Shown: piece by piece, positions 1 to 12,057 of the stretch
Position numbering within the stretch: the stretch's first letter is position 1
Layout: the number at the start of each line of letters is the position of its first letter
Source: Scyliorhinus canicula
Lineage: Eukaryota
Reading direction: 5' to 3'
Assembly (NCBI RefSeq): GCF_902713615.1
Contig: NC_052151.1
Location: 121,581,927 to 121,645,926, forward strand
DNA length: 64,000 bases
Position numbers and translations under genes: made by a program
The notes under the pieces: model-generated
The model's input: only the letters and a program-made list of their open reading frames with translations
The model's database searches: none
What the model was told of the DNA's origin: nothing

Positions 1-775
1 ACTTTGGTATCAAAATGGAAGCTGATTATTATCTGAATGGCCATAAATTAGGAGAGGGGAATGTGCAACAGGTGTCCTCATACACCAGTCTCTGAAGGTA
101 AGTATGCAGGTTCAGAAGACAGTAAAGAAGGCAAATGGTATGTTAGCCTTTGTAGCGAGAGGATTCAAGTACAAGGGCAGGGCTGTTGTGCTGCAATTAT
201 ACAGGGCTTTGGTGAGGCCACACCTGGAATATTGTGTGTAGTTTTGTCTCCTTATCTGAGGAGGATGTTCTTGTTCTAGAGGGAGTTCAGGGAAGATTTA
301 ACAGACTGATTTGCTGGGATGGTAGGACAAGTGAATGAGGGCATTGAATCAGTTAGGATTGTATTCACTGCAGCTCAGAAGAATGAGCGGGGATCTCCTG
401 GAAACCTATAAAAATTCTAACAAGACTAGACAGGGTAGATGCAAGAAGGATGTTCCCCGATGATGGGGGTGTCCAGAAACAGGGATCACAGTCTGAGGAT
501 ACGGGGTGGACCGTTTATCACTGGGATGAGGAAAATTCTTCACCCAGGGAGTGGTCAGTCTGTGCAATTCGCTACCACAGAAAATAGCTGAGACCAAAAC
601 ATTGTATGTTTTCAAGAAGGAGTTAGATATACCATTTGGTCAAGGGATCAAAGGATACGAGTGGAAGGCAGGATCAGGCTATTGAGTTGGATGATCAGCC
701 ATGATCATAATGAACGGTGGAGCAGGCTCGAAGGGCCAAATGGCCTCCTCCTGTTCCTGTTTTCTATGTTTCTAT
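1..775 (+). mobile_element. CR1-clade LINE 3' fragment
   Basis: Degenerate ORF2 C-terminus (LVRPHLEYCV-like ggtgaggccacacctggaatattgtg) and CR1 tail gggccaaatggcctcctcctg...ttctatgtttcta. Confidence 0.85.
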
Positions 776-954
776 AAAACAAAACTTGAACTCTGATATA
801 TCAGCAACATAGATAAATATCCCAAGTCCCACAAGAGATTTGTACATTATATAGAAAAAATATATTTTCAAATCTAAAGTATATTCACACCCATGGGTGC
901 ATTATAATAGTTTAGTTGTTTATTTTCTATTGAAAACGAATCTCTGAGACTTAC

Positions 955-1058
955 TGTTTTTCTTGTAATTGTTGTAGCTTCCCACACTGGTACCATTATT
1001 GCATTAGGAGGCCATTTGCAAAATTTCAACTAGCCGACGTTTGTACCGTAAGATGTTT
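955..1058 (-). CDS. GTF3C2: GTF3C2 exon 4, disrupted (KHLTVQTSAS*NFANGL/PNAIMVPVWEATTITRK)
   Basis: Acceptor ttatttcag and donor gtaagt. Homologous to human [20 protein letters not shown] (recalled). In-frame TGA at 1026-1028 and an apparent 1-nt deletion near 1007-1010. Confidence 0.75.
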
Positions 1059-1314
1059 CTGAAATAACAATACTTTAAAAAGTTTTTCTTTAGATATATC
1101 TTTCCATAAAATTCAATATTTAAGCCAAAGTGCCCCAAAGAATACCGATTCAATCGTTAAAATTTACACTAATCTCAATGTTTTCTTAAGTCTAGCTTTG
1201 AGGAACACATTGTCTCTGATAGAAGTAAACTGCACTGAGGATTTCAACTTGGCTATTTCTAAAGAGACCTTGTTAAAGTGAGAGAAGGCACAATTGTAAT
1301 GTTGTACGTAAGGA

Positions 1315-1610
1315 AGGGAGGTTTTATGGTGCAGTGGTCCTTCCCTACCTCTGGGCCAGAGGTTCTGTTTCAAGTCCCACTTCAGGACTTGGTGGCCATG
1401 GAAGATATGCGCAGAAAGGACAAACAGGTTGATTGTCAGCCTGTAAATTCTTCCAATCTGCATGATAGTAGCAGTAAAGAGTGGGAGAGTTTTCTGGTCA
1501 GCCATACTGCTGAAGGCAATGGCACATCACTGCATACTTTGCCAAGCATAACCAAGGTCAATCCAATTAAGCCCTTGGTCACCAACACCCTCTTAGGGCA
1601 TGGTAACATG
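1315..1610 (+). mobile_element. Old tRNA-headed SINE with RTE-related segment
   Basis: A-box-like tggtgcagtgg, B-box-like gtttcaagtccc, and gaaggcaatggcacatcact resembling the RTE/Sauria-SINE motif. Confidence 0.45.
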
Positions 1611-1627
1611 AAGGTGGAGGATACAGC

Positions 1628-2170
1628 TGTATAGAATCTAGTTAGGCCACCTTGGAGCATAGTGTTCAATTCTGGTCGCCACACTACCAGAAGGATGTGG
1701 AGGCTTTTGAGCGGGTGAGGTATGGAGGGCATTAGTTATGAGGAGAGGTTGAATAAACCTGGTTGTTCTCACTGGAACGAAGGAGGTTGAGGGGCGACCT
1801 GATAAGAGATCGACAAAAATTATGAGGGGCATAGGCAGAGTGGAGAGTCAGAGATTTTTTCCAGGGTAGAGGGGTCAATTACTAGGGGACATAGGTTAGG
1901 TGCGAGGGGCAGGTTTAGAGAAGATGTACGAGGCAAGTTTTTTTACACAGAGGGTAGTGGGTGCCTAGAACTCGCTGCCGGAGGAGGTGGTGGAAGCAGG
2001 GACGATAGTGACGTTTAGTGGCATCTTGACAAATACATGAATAGGATGGGAATAGAGGGATATGGACCCCGGAATTGTAAAAGATTTTTGTTTAGACGGG
2101 CAGCATGGTCGTGCAGGCTTGGAGGGTCGAAAGGCCTGTTCCTGTGCTGTACTTTTCTTTGTTCTTTGTA
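1628..2170 (+). mobile_element. CR1-clade LINE 3' fragment
   Basis: LVRPxLExxVQFWSPHYQKDV motif and tail gaaaggcctgttcctgtgctgtac...ttctttgttcttt. Confidence 0.85.
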
Positions 2171-2362
2171 CTTAAGCAACACAATATCCAATCAACACAA
2201 ATTATTCGATTGAATCACATAACCAGTGTGCGCCGATCGACTGAATTAGCCTACCCTATATTATTAAAATTTGCAAATTTGAATGACCAAAACTTCATTA
2301 TTTTCCTTTAAGGGCAAAAAAAGGGAGCTTTTTCTAACTTGGCCATGTTATAACTCAGCTGG

Positions 2363-2563
2363 GAACACTTAATGCTGACACTGGGCGTCAAAGTCAAATG
2401 TAAAAGGTCACTTCTTAAATTCTGAGGATTCCAAAGGATAATCTGAATTAAACCCCATGAAAACATCCACTAACAACAATCAACACATGCAGAAAGTATA
2501 AATGGTAATGGCCAAACCTTGCTAGATTTGAATAAAATCTGTATGGCAGACTTGTTCTTCTAG
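2363..2563. repeat. ~200-bp segment duplicated at 3698-3902
   Basis: Colinear similarity, e.g. gaacacttaatgctgaca, aaacatccactaac.acaatcaacacatgcagaaag, aaaatctgtatggcagact. Confidence 0.9.
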
Positions 2564-3459
2564 ATTAATTTTAAAAGCTTCTAATTAGTTATGGTCTCAA
2601 TACAATGACCATCAAAAGCTGGAATAACTCCAACAGAATAATGCCACTAATGAGGAAAAAAGTCATAATTCACCTTTAATTTACAGCACCATGGAAATGG
2701 TGATATTTCCAAACTACAAGAAAGCCACACTCAAAGGAACATCATTCCTGGGAATTTCCCCTTTGGAGATAAGCAATTGTGATGAAAACAGCGCCCATCA
2801 CCGTAGATATTTTGTCACTGTGTATCAGAGCTACTGATATGAAGATCAAAAGCCCTCATATTTAACTTGGGAGGCAATAGTGAAATCAAAACTTTTTGTA
2901 CTGGTGATGGTGTTGGGTTAGCAACCCAGATGTTTGTAAATTCAAATTCCACCATGGAACAATTTGAAACAGAACTCAACACAGATGGTAGTTTCCCAGG
3001 CTAGCATTGGGAAAAATACTTACCATGAAAGCTGCCAGTCTGTTAAGGACCAAAAAAGGTTAAGAGGAGTTATTAGGTTACGGAGATAGGGTGGAAGTGA
3101 GGGCTTAAGTGGGTCGGTGCAGACTCGAATGGCCTCCTTCTGCACTGTATGTTCTATGTACTCTGGTTTTCTAAAGTCCTGCATGGAACAAAACCTGCAA
3201 TACCTACCTGTTTGATTGACTCATGAATCAGGTTTTATAGCATGGGATTGATTTTAATGGATTCTGAAGCCACCAATTGTAAACAGAATTGATTTAGGGG
3301 TGAGTGTAAATGTGATCTTGCCAACATTGTCCACATCATAATAAATAACATCTCCGACTGCCTCTTTACCATGGCTGTGTTTTTTTCTACGGGGTTTGTA
3401 GGCACAGACAGTCCATCCTCCTTGGAGGAAGTACTGAGAATTCCTTCAGGTGGAAGGGG

Positions 3460-4680
3460 TGGCAAAGGCCACGGTCGCCAAAGACATACGTTGTGATTTT
3501 CTGCTTGCCAATGACTGTGCACTAGCTGTCGGTTCAGAGCTAGATGTACAACGTAACACGGACTTGTTCTCCTATGTACACGTCAATTTCAACCTCACGA
3601 TCACCTCAGAGATAACTGAAGTCATGTACCAACCTGCTCCAGGAAAGTCCAATTTCAAGTCAAGAGTTTCAGTCCATGACCAGAATCTGTCAGCAATGAA
3701 CACTTAATGCTGACATTGGACATCAAAAGTCAAAACTAAAGGTCCACTTTCTTAAATTTGACGACTCCAAGGGATAATCTGAATTGAACCCCTTGAAAAA
3801 CATCCACTAACGACAATCAACACATGCAGAAAGGAATAAATGGCACTGCCCAAACCTTGTTAGACTTGATAAAAATCTGTATGGCAGACTATTGGTCTTC
3901 TATATTGGCAGCACCACTCTCTCAACCTGTCTAAAGTGATGATGAACACATGCAAGAATTGGCAAAACAAGTGTAGCTGTCAGCAGACTTTGAACCCTGG
4001 AATGAAGAGAAGCAAGTGTGCACTACCAAACTAAAAGACTATAGAGCAATAGCTGTGTCCACTCGGTCTACGCATGCGTATTTGACTGTTTACCAGCGCC
4101 ATACCAAGAGGTTCACCACTTTCATTGTCTTTGGAAGCTTCTGAAAATCAGATGCTGGACAGAATATCAGGCACTGAGGCATAGCCCAAACTGGCATGCC
4201 AAGCATCTACATGCTATTGAGACAGTCATAAGTGAGTTGGAAAGATCATCTAGCCTGAATGCTTGATACTTGCTCACCAAGCGAATCTCCAAGGAGAGCT
4301 TGAAGCTGGGGTGCACTCTCATGGGGGACAAGGGAGGTCTTACAAGGACACTCTGAAGACTTCACTTCTGAGTTTTGATATTGATTTTGAGTCCCAGGAG
4401 AAGGTCAACCAGGCTGCAAGTGGCACAACCAAATAAAAATCAATCCAGCCTCCTTCACAAAAAAGCACATATCAGAGGCAGAGAGAAACTGCATGGAGAG
4501 GAAATCCTGAGCCAACAACTTGTGCAAAGTTCAATCGACTGGGTTATCCTGTTCTATTACAGCAGACCTTCTGGCACAGATTGGCCTTAGCAGTCACCCA
4601 TGTATCCACCAGAATCCAACCAAACACCCCAGATGATGAACATGATCATCTTTGCTTTGAAAGATGAACAAGAAGAAAAT
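3460..4680 (+). mobile_element. RTE-clade LINE 3' portion, interrupted at ~3700-3900
   Basis: DFLLANDCAL (FADD region), TEVMYQPAPGK, then YIGST..., TKLKxYRA, GELxxGxRSHGGQxxxYKDTLK remnants and an (aag)n-type tail. Confidence 0.8.
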
Positions 4681-5930
4681 CCCATTTAGGGTGAGGAAGG
4701 TCAGTGAAGAAGAGAGCCGGTGTCACAGGTTGATTGGACATTTAATTACTTGATTGGTTTTTTTTTTCAGCCTCCACCCCGCCAAGAAATTCTGTGAATG
4801 TAGAGTAATAGGGTGCATTCACCAATACGTTCCTAGCTGCACCATATCTACGTAGGTAACACGTTATGGGCCAGATGGTCATTTCCCATCCTTCTTTATA
4901 TATGTTTCAATAGTGGGACAAAGGTGAAAGTTAGAATTTTCTCCCCACAGATAGAGTATTATGAGAACACAGAATATTTTAGCAGATGCGGTTATTGGCT
5001 GAGACAGTATTTTGTTAAAAGGAAATCAAAAATAGTTGAAAAGGAAGAATGTAGGGAAGAGGGCCAATAGAGTAGATCGCTCTAACTGAAGAGCTAGTTT
5101 CAGCACAGGGTCAATGGGTCTCCATCTATGCTGTAATCCCCACCATTTTTTCCCCTGAATCTTCACCAACTTAACAACATCAACAACTATACCCATATCC
5201 TTTTTCCATTTGGGCCAACAGACATTCATCACACAGCACGTTTCACGAAAAATGGCTACTGGAGGAAAATAAATAAAAATATTCAAATAGGAACTATCTG
5301 AAATTAGAAAGACAAAAAAATATGAACAATGGGGAGGGAAAGTTTTCTTCAGATAGATCCAGCTGAAGTATACTGATACAGGTACAATGGGTCAAATAGT
5401 CCCTTTCTCTTAATTCCAACTGTTTAATTCCCCAAACATGAGCTGGGTGTCACTAAAGCAAAGCAACACTGGGGAAAGGAAGACCGAAACTATCCTCATG
5501 GAGCTCAGAGGAGCAATCAGCTCCTCCTGGTGGCACAAGCAAAAAAAAAACACTTTAAATGGTCTCTGGTGGTGAAAAAATTACACATCGTCCATGCTAA
5601 CAGATCATGATCTGCACATATATAGCTGGGATCTACCAGCTCTGGGATGGCAATACCCATACAGGATAAACAATAGGACAATTTTAACTGCCTTCACACA
5701 CACTCTTGCCAGCAGTCTTAAAATTACCCCAACTGTGTTCATATCATCCAATAAATTATCATTTCCAGTCAGGAATTGCTGATGGTCCCAAAACATTCAA
5801 ACACAGAGACTCTGGAGACAATTGTGTGAGGTTCTGCTCCATGCTCAGAATATTAAGTTACCACATAATCATACATGAAATGGTTACATGCAGATTACTA
5901 CAGAGATGGATTGTAATGTAAATAACTCAC

Positions 5931-6282
5931 AATTACTGAACTTGTTCTTTGCTTCTGCCCTTCCCCATCATGAGAGTCATCCAGTTCAGACTCAGAAACA
6001 TCACCCGATATTTCAATGTCATTAAATTCTTTTTCTTCCTCCTCATCTTCTTCAGTTATTCCATCAGAGACCACAAAATCTTTGTCATCTGACAAGTCAT
6101 CAAAAACATCATTGATTTTTTTCTTCTTCCTTCCTCTTCTTCGTTTAGGGGAGCATTGTTCAGACAGCGATTGATCCCAAGGTAGGTTTGGTTCACTATC
6201 ATTTGTATTGTCAGCCACATCATCTACTTTATAAGAAGGTGATTTTATTTCCTCTACTATTTCATGCAGGTAAAGTAAGGCA
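5931..6282 (-). CDS. GTF3C2: GTF3C2 exon 3 (ALLYLHEIVEEI...acidic tract...QRTSSVI)
   Basis: Acceptor ttttctttcag and donor gtgagt. Phase 2 in matches exon 2, phase 0 out. Matches ALLYLQELAEEL followed by a D-x-D-F acidic region. Confidence 0.88.
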
Positions 6283-6869
6283 CTGAAAGAAAACACAATG
6301 TAGCTTAATAGATGATCTACAAATATATTGTTAGATAATGCAGGCATGTTCAGGCCACCTCACAGAATGAAACGTAACCTGTTATCTTCCATCACATTCA
6401 GAGTGGAACTCCAACTATTGTGCTCCCACTCATGCCGCCCACCCCCACCAATTACATCATATGTACAACAGAAGCAAAAGCATGAGTTTAAAAACACAAT
6501 GTAATTTAACCTCCCTATGTATTAATCTGGGAAAAGGTCAAATATACGGAAGATTTAAGTGCTGTAGTGTCCTCCAATGCATAAAACAAGTGGTCCATGA
6601 TTGAAAGCCTACACAAGCAAAAATTAATGCTGGGCACTACAATGCATTAAGAGTTTAGCATGTTGTACTGTGAAGTAGCACAGTATGCATCTGTACTCTT
6701 TTCACATAGTGGGTTATTAATCTCAGTTACATGTTGCCATCAGAGCCAGCATCAAGCAGAAATAAAGTGTTTGCAAACAGAGTGAAACAGTCAATCACCT
6801 TGTGCACTTTCCGGAGGCATTTCTATGTACCTGTGATTGGTTCTTGACAGTGTACAACATGAATAGATC

Positions 6870-8180
6870 CAGGGTAGTGTCCTAGGTTCAACAAACTTCA
6901 GCTGCTTCATCAATGAGCTTCCTTCCATCATAAGGTCAGAAGTTGGGATGTTTGCGGATAACTGTACAATGTTCGTGGCGCCTCAGACACTGAAGCAGTT
7001 GATGTGCAAAATGCAGGCAAGACTTGCCTTATAACCAGGCTTGGGCTGACAGTGGCAAGTAACATTCAAAGAACAGTACAGTAAAGGAATAGGCTCATCG
7101 GCCCCCCAAGCTTGCGCCAATCATTTTGCCTGTCTAAACTAAAACGTTCTGCTCTTCCAGGGTCTGCATCCCTCTATTCCCATCCTATTCATGTATTTGT
7201 CAAGATGTCTCTAAACGTCGCTATGGTATCTGCTTCCACCAACTCCTCGGCAGCGAGTTCCAGGCACTCACCACCTTCTGTATAAAAAACCTTGCCTCGC
7301 ACATCTCCTCTAAATACCCCTCGCACCTTAAATCTATGTCCCCGAGTAATTAACTTTTCCACCCTGGGAAAAAGCTTCTGACTATCCACTTTGTCCCATG
7401 CCACTCATTATTTTATATCCTTCACAGAAGTGCCAGGCAATGACCATCTCCACTGAAGAGAGGATCTAACCATCGCCCCATGACATTCAATGGGATATCA
7501 TCACCGATCCTCCACTATCACATCCTGGGGTTACCATTCACCATAAACTGAACTGAGTCAGCCATATAAATACTGTGGCTACTGAGTAAGTCAGAGGCTA
7601 GGAATCCTGTGGTGAGTAACTCATCTTACCTCTTGGACCCCCCCTCCTCCCTCCTAAAAGCCTGCCTACCATCTACAGGGCACAAGAGTAATGGAATACA
7701 CGCCATTTATCTGGATCAGTGCAGCTCCAACAACACTCAAGAGGCTCAACACCATCCAGGACACAGCAACCCGCTATATTGCTACCCTTTCCACAAACAT
7801 TCAATCCCTCCACCACCAACCAACAGTGGCGGCCGTGTGTACAAGATGGACTGCAGGAACTCACCAAGGTTCCTCAGTAGCACTTCCAATCCACTACCAC
7901 CTCAAGTACAAGAGCAGCAAATACCTGGAACACCACCATACGGAGGTTTCCCTCCAAGTCACTCACCATCCTGACCTGGAAATATATCGCCTTTCCTTCA
8001 CCGTTGCCTAGTCAAAATCCTGGAACTTCCTCCCTAACAGCATTGTAGGGTGTCTACATCTCAGGGACTGCAAAGGTTCAAGAAAACAGCTCACCACCAC
8101 CTTCTCAGGGCAACTCGGGGTGGGCAATAAATGCTGGCCTAGCCAGCGATGCCCACATCCCGTAAAAATGAACAAAAAAG
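6870..8180 (+). mobile_element. CR1/L2-group LINE 3' portion with a nested antisense CR1 fragment (7068-7410)
   Basis: QGSVLG...INxLPSIIRSEVGMFADNC RT motifs; tail gggcaataaatgctggcctagccagcgatgcccacatccc. Same family at 33770-34885, 42960-44820 and 45990-46630. Confidence 0.8.
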
Positions 8181-8654
8181 GCAAACAAAGAAAACACTTA
8201 AAAGAAAAAGTAAAAGATCCCAGGGTACTAGCTGCAGAGCAGGGGATTAACAACTGTTTCCCAGCCAAGACACAATCACTGGCCATTTATCCCATTAGTT
8301 GTTTGCAGAGCCTTGCTTTGAGCACATATTAGTGACTGACTTCAAAAATAAGTGTAACGGTGGTTCCGACCAGTTTTGTTGTAATGAGCGCATGATACGA
8401 TGCTACGTAAATACAAGTTTTGCAAAATCTAACTTCTTCGGAGTGGGGCTAGAATTCGCATTGTTCTGACTCAGAGGTGAATGTTGCCATTCATGGAGTC
8501 CATGGTTTGCCATTTTCCATCCTATATGCAGCAAGTTCAATTTCTATCAGATTTCACCTGTCATAGTTCTTATCACTTTCATGTTCTGTGCAATTCCTCT
8601 GTAATTGCTGAGCTACCTCCTGATTCTATGCCCTATTCTGTTCAGTATCAAGTG

Positions 8655-9050
8655 TCTGCTTGGCTCAGTGGCAACATTCTAACTTTGAGTCGGTAGATTG
8701 TGGCTTCAAGCCCCACTTCAGGACTTGAGTCATAACCTATGTGAATAAAATGAAAATCGCTTGTCACAAGTAGGCTTCAAATGAAGTTACTGCGAAAAGC
8801 CCCGAGTCGCCACATTCCGGCACCTGTTCAGGGAGGCTGGTACGGGATTTGAACCCGCGCTGCTGTCCTTATTCTGCTTTACAAGCCAGTTGTTTAGCCC
8901 ACAGTGCGACAGTTCTGAGATATAATTGCACTGTTTCAGATGAGACATTAAACAGAGGCCCTGTGATGCAAAATATTCCATGGCACTATTCATAGTGCAG
9001 GGGAGTTCTCCATGTGCCTTGGCCAACATTTATTCACTAATTACTAAAGT
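8655..9050 (+). mobile_element. DeuSINE (SacSINE1-like) interrupted by a younger antisense SINE (8745-8910)
   Basis: tRNA-like head plus Deu-domain-like tttcagatgagacattaaacagaggccc...ccatggcactatt...gcaggggagttctcc...ggccaacatttat. A second degraded copy lies at ~9470-9670. Confidence 0.6.
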
Positions 9051-10178
9051 GTCACCCTACACCTGGAGGCTCTCTCTTTGGGTCCTTCTCCCTGCCATCT
9101 GAGCATAAGGATCATCTCCTTTTTGCCATAGTGCTTCTACGGGATCCTCCCTCCTCTTGTGACACTTCTTTGTGCCACTTAGCTACCTGACTGTTCCTTG
9201 CTGCTCAATGGGGCTGTGCTTCATCCCAGGAGCAGACTCTACTGTGCCTCGAGGTGAACATACCTCATCTAGCTCAAATTTTTAAAAATTCTGTGAAAGG
9301 ATAGAGAAAAAAATAATCACACCTTCACTTGAGACAGCAACTGGGACTTGCAGCAAAACGATCAGTATGGAGCCAGGAATGATAGCGATAAGAGCCTGTG
9401 AGAGAAGCAGCAACAATCTTCCTCTCCCCCACACATGTACATGCAGTTTGCATTGAGAACCAAAGCATTCACACTTAACATCTAAGGCTCTCACTCTTAT
9501 TGCAGTACTGGTGAGGTGCTACATTGTCAAAAGTGCCAACTTTCAAATGAGAAGTTAAACCAAGTCTGCCCTCCTAGATGGACAAGAAAGAATTCCATAA
9601 TGCTGTTCAAAGAGCACGGAGTTCTTCTGGGTCCTGTCAATATATCCCTCGATCAGCAGCACTGTAAAACATTTATAATCAGGGCTTTCATGACTGGAGA
9701 TGTATTAAAATGCTTTAAAAGAAATGTAATATTTTTGAAATGTAGGAGAAGGAGGCTGGATTGTGTGCTCAAGTGTCTGCAGTGGGTGCGAACCCAGAAC
9801 TTACTGATTCTGTGGCAAGAGTGCTAGCAACCGTGTCACGGCAGATAAAACCAGTGGCCAAAAATGAGTTGCATTTGTGAGTTGTTTCTTTTTGTTCTAG
9901 TGGTGCACAATCTGTTTCATAATATTAAAATAGAAATCGCTTTATGATATAAATACATCTTGTATTGTCGTGCTTTGCAACTTTAACCCCTTTGAAGTTT
10001 AGTCATGTGTCCCATTGCTGATTGTGGGATCTTGCTGTGTGCAATATGACTGCCTTCTGCGTTATGACAGTTACTACATTTCAAAGTAATATATTGCTAT
10101 TAAAAACATTTTGACATAACCTCGGGACATGAAAGGTGCGATTATATATGCTTTCCCCACATCTTTTCTTCTGATTAA

Positions 10179-10472
10179 GGGACACGGTAGCACAGTGGTT
10201 AGTACTGTTGCTTCACAGCGCCAGGGTCCCAGGTTCGATTCCTGGCTTGGATCACTGTCTGTCCGGAGTCTGCAAGTTCTCCCCGTGTGTGTGTGGGCTT
10301 CCTCCGGGTGCTCCGGTTTGTCCCACAAGTCCTGAAAGACGTGCTGTTAGGTAATTTGGGCATTCTGAATTTTCCCTCCGTGTACCCAAACAGGCGCTGG
10401 AATGTGGCTTTTCACAGTAACTTAATTGCAGTGTTAATGTAAGCCTTCTTGTGACAATAAAGATTATTATTA
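10179..10472 (+). mobile_element. V-SINE, HE1-like head with alternative tail (tail 2)
   Basis: A/B boxes, V-domain, tail cttttcacagtaactt...cttgtgacaataaagattattatt. Copies at 13762-14036(-), 14817-15108(+), 16117-16395(+), 19140-19432(-), 44140-44430(+), 49868-50070(+). Confidence 0.85.
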
Positions 10473-10474
10473 AA

Positions 10475-10855
10475 GATGATGGTTTAGTGGTAATGTCAAG
10501 ATTTGTAATCCTTAGGCCCAGGCTAATACCCCAGGACACAGGTTCAAATCTTACCATGGTAGTTGGTGGAATTTAAATTCAATCAATTAAAAACAAATCT
10601 GAAACAAAACAAAATTGGAAGTTTAAGTAGTGGTCCCATGAAATTATCATCAATTGTCAAAAAAACCCAACTGGTTCACTAATGTCCTTTAGGGAAGGAA
10701 ATCTTCCGTCCTTACCTGATCTGGCCCACACGTGACTCCAGGTCCAAAGCAATGTCCTCTGAAATGGCCCAGCATGCCACTTATTTGAAGGGTAATTGGG
10801 TATGGCAACAAATGCTGGTCTTGCAAGTGATACCACATTCCATAAAGAAATTTTA
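10475..10855 (+). mobile_element. tRNA-derived SINE sharing its 3' tail with the CR1/L2-group LINE
   Basis: Head with ggttcaaatc B-box, body ggttcactaatgtcctttagggaaggaaatc, tail ggcaacaaatgctggtcttgc...cacattcc similar to 8123-8160. Partial copy at 14328-14445. Confidence 0.65.
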
Positions 10856-10939
10856 AAAATGTTTGAAAAGGTCAATTTTGACAGAAAATTAGGAAACAGT
10901 ATTGCTTGCCTGAGTACTTAGCCAACCATTAGCTAGTAC

Positions 10940-11248
10940 AGTGGGACAGTGGTTAGCACTGCTGCCTTACAGCTTCAGGGACCTGGGTTCAATTCCAGCC
11001 TTGAGTGACTGTTTGTGTGAAGTCTGCACGTTCTCTCCATGTGTGCGTGGGTTTCCTCCGGTGCTCCGGTTTCCTCCCACAGTCCAAAGATGTGCAGGTT
11101 AGGTGGATTGGCCAGACAAAATTGCCCTTAGTGTCCAAAAATATGTACATTAGGTGGGGTTACGGGGATAGGGTAGGGGATTGGGCCTAGGTGCAGACTT
11201 GATGGGCCGAACGGCCTCCTTCTACACTATAGGGATTCTACGATTCTA
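10940..11248 (+). mobile_element. HE1 V-SINE (CR1-type tail)
   Basis: A/B boxes, V-domain gtgggtttcctccggtgctccggtttcctcccacagtccaaagatgtgc, tail gggccgaacggcctccttct...ttcta. Confidence 0.9.
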
Positions 11249-12057
11249 AAGCAGGTTTTGAAATTCCACACCTTTCGAGAAAACAGCTCCACCTCCTTTT
11301 GGAGGAATTACAGTTGTGTAAAATGCAGCATAAAATACAACTGAAGTTTAGAACCAGTACGTTTACTATGGGGGAATATAAATGGGAAGGTGGAGGATGA
11401 CAAAAACATGTTTGTAATTTTTAAAAATGATTTTCCATCATTCAAAACAAAAATAAGAAAAACAGCTTGATAATATTGCAATCGTTTTGTTCACATTAAT
11501 ATGAAAATTCTGGTCACCATCTCCATTTCCTGAAGCATTCAAATATAGCAAGTTTTATATTCCATGTTTTTGCTCTGAACACTAGTCTGCTTCCTAACCA
11601 GAGTGCTCTGAGGTAACTTGCCCTCCTATTACCTCTTCCACAGTACTGTGCCTGAGATCATGATGAGAATGACCATGTCCCAATGATGGCTGGCAACAGT
11701 CTACAATATAGCAATGCGTTGATCACCAGCCCACCCAAGCACATCCCATTCATCGCAAGATTTTAGTGCCAACCATTGATTACGATGATGATAGAGACCA
11801 ACAGACCTTAGGGGCTTCACGAAAATCATCAGAACATTTAGCAATAAATACTGGAATCAGTGACACACTCAATGTTTTTTTCATACTTAACGTAAACTGA
11901 TTTGAGTGTCTTGATCTCACTCTGATTTGTGTATCATTCACGTTGAGATTAGAGGACTAATTTTCCAATTGTACACTCCTGACAGGATGCCTTACCCACT
12001 AGAACACATAGCTACAATTCAATCATATCTGCTTGACCAACAAGATAATTTCCTTAC

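Noticed and set aside
2363-2563. Intronic snoRNA pair
   Set aside because: No clear C/D or H/ACA boxes, and one copy sits inside an RTE coding remnant; kept only as a duplication.
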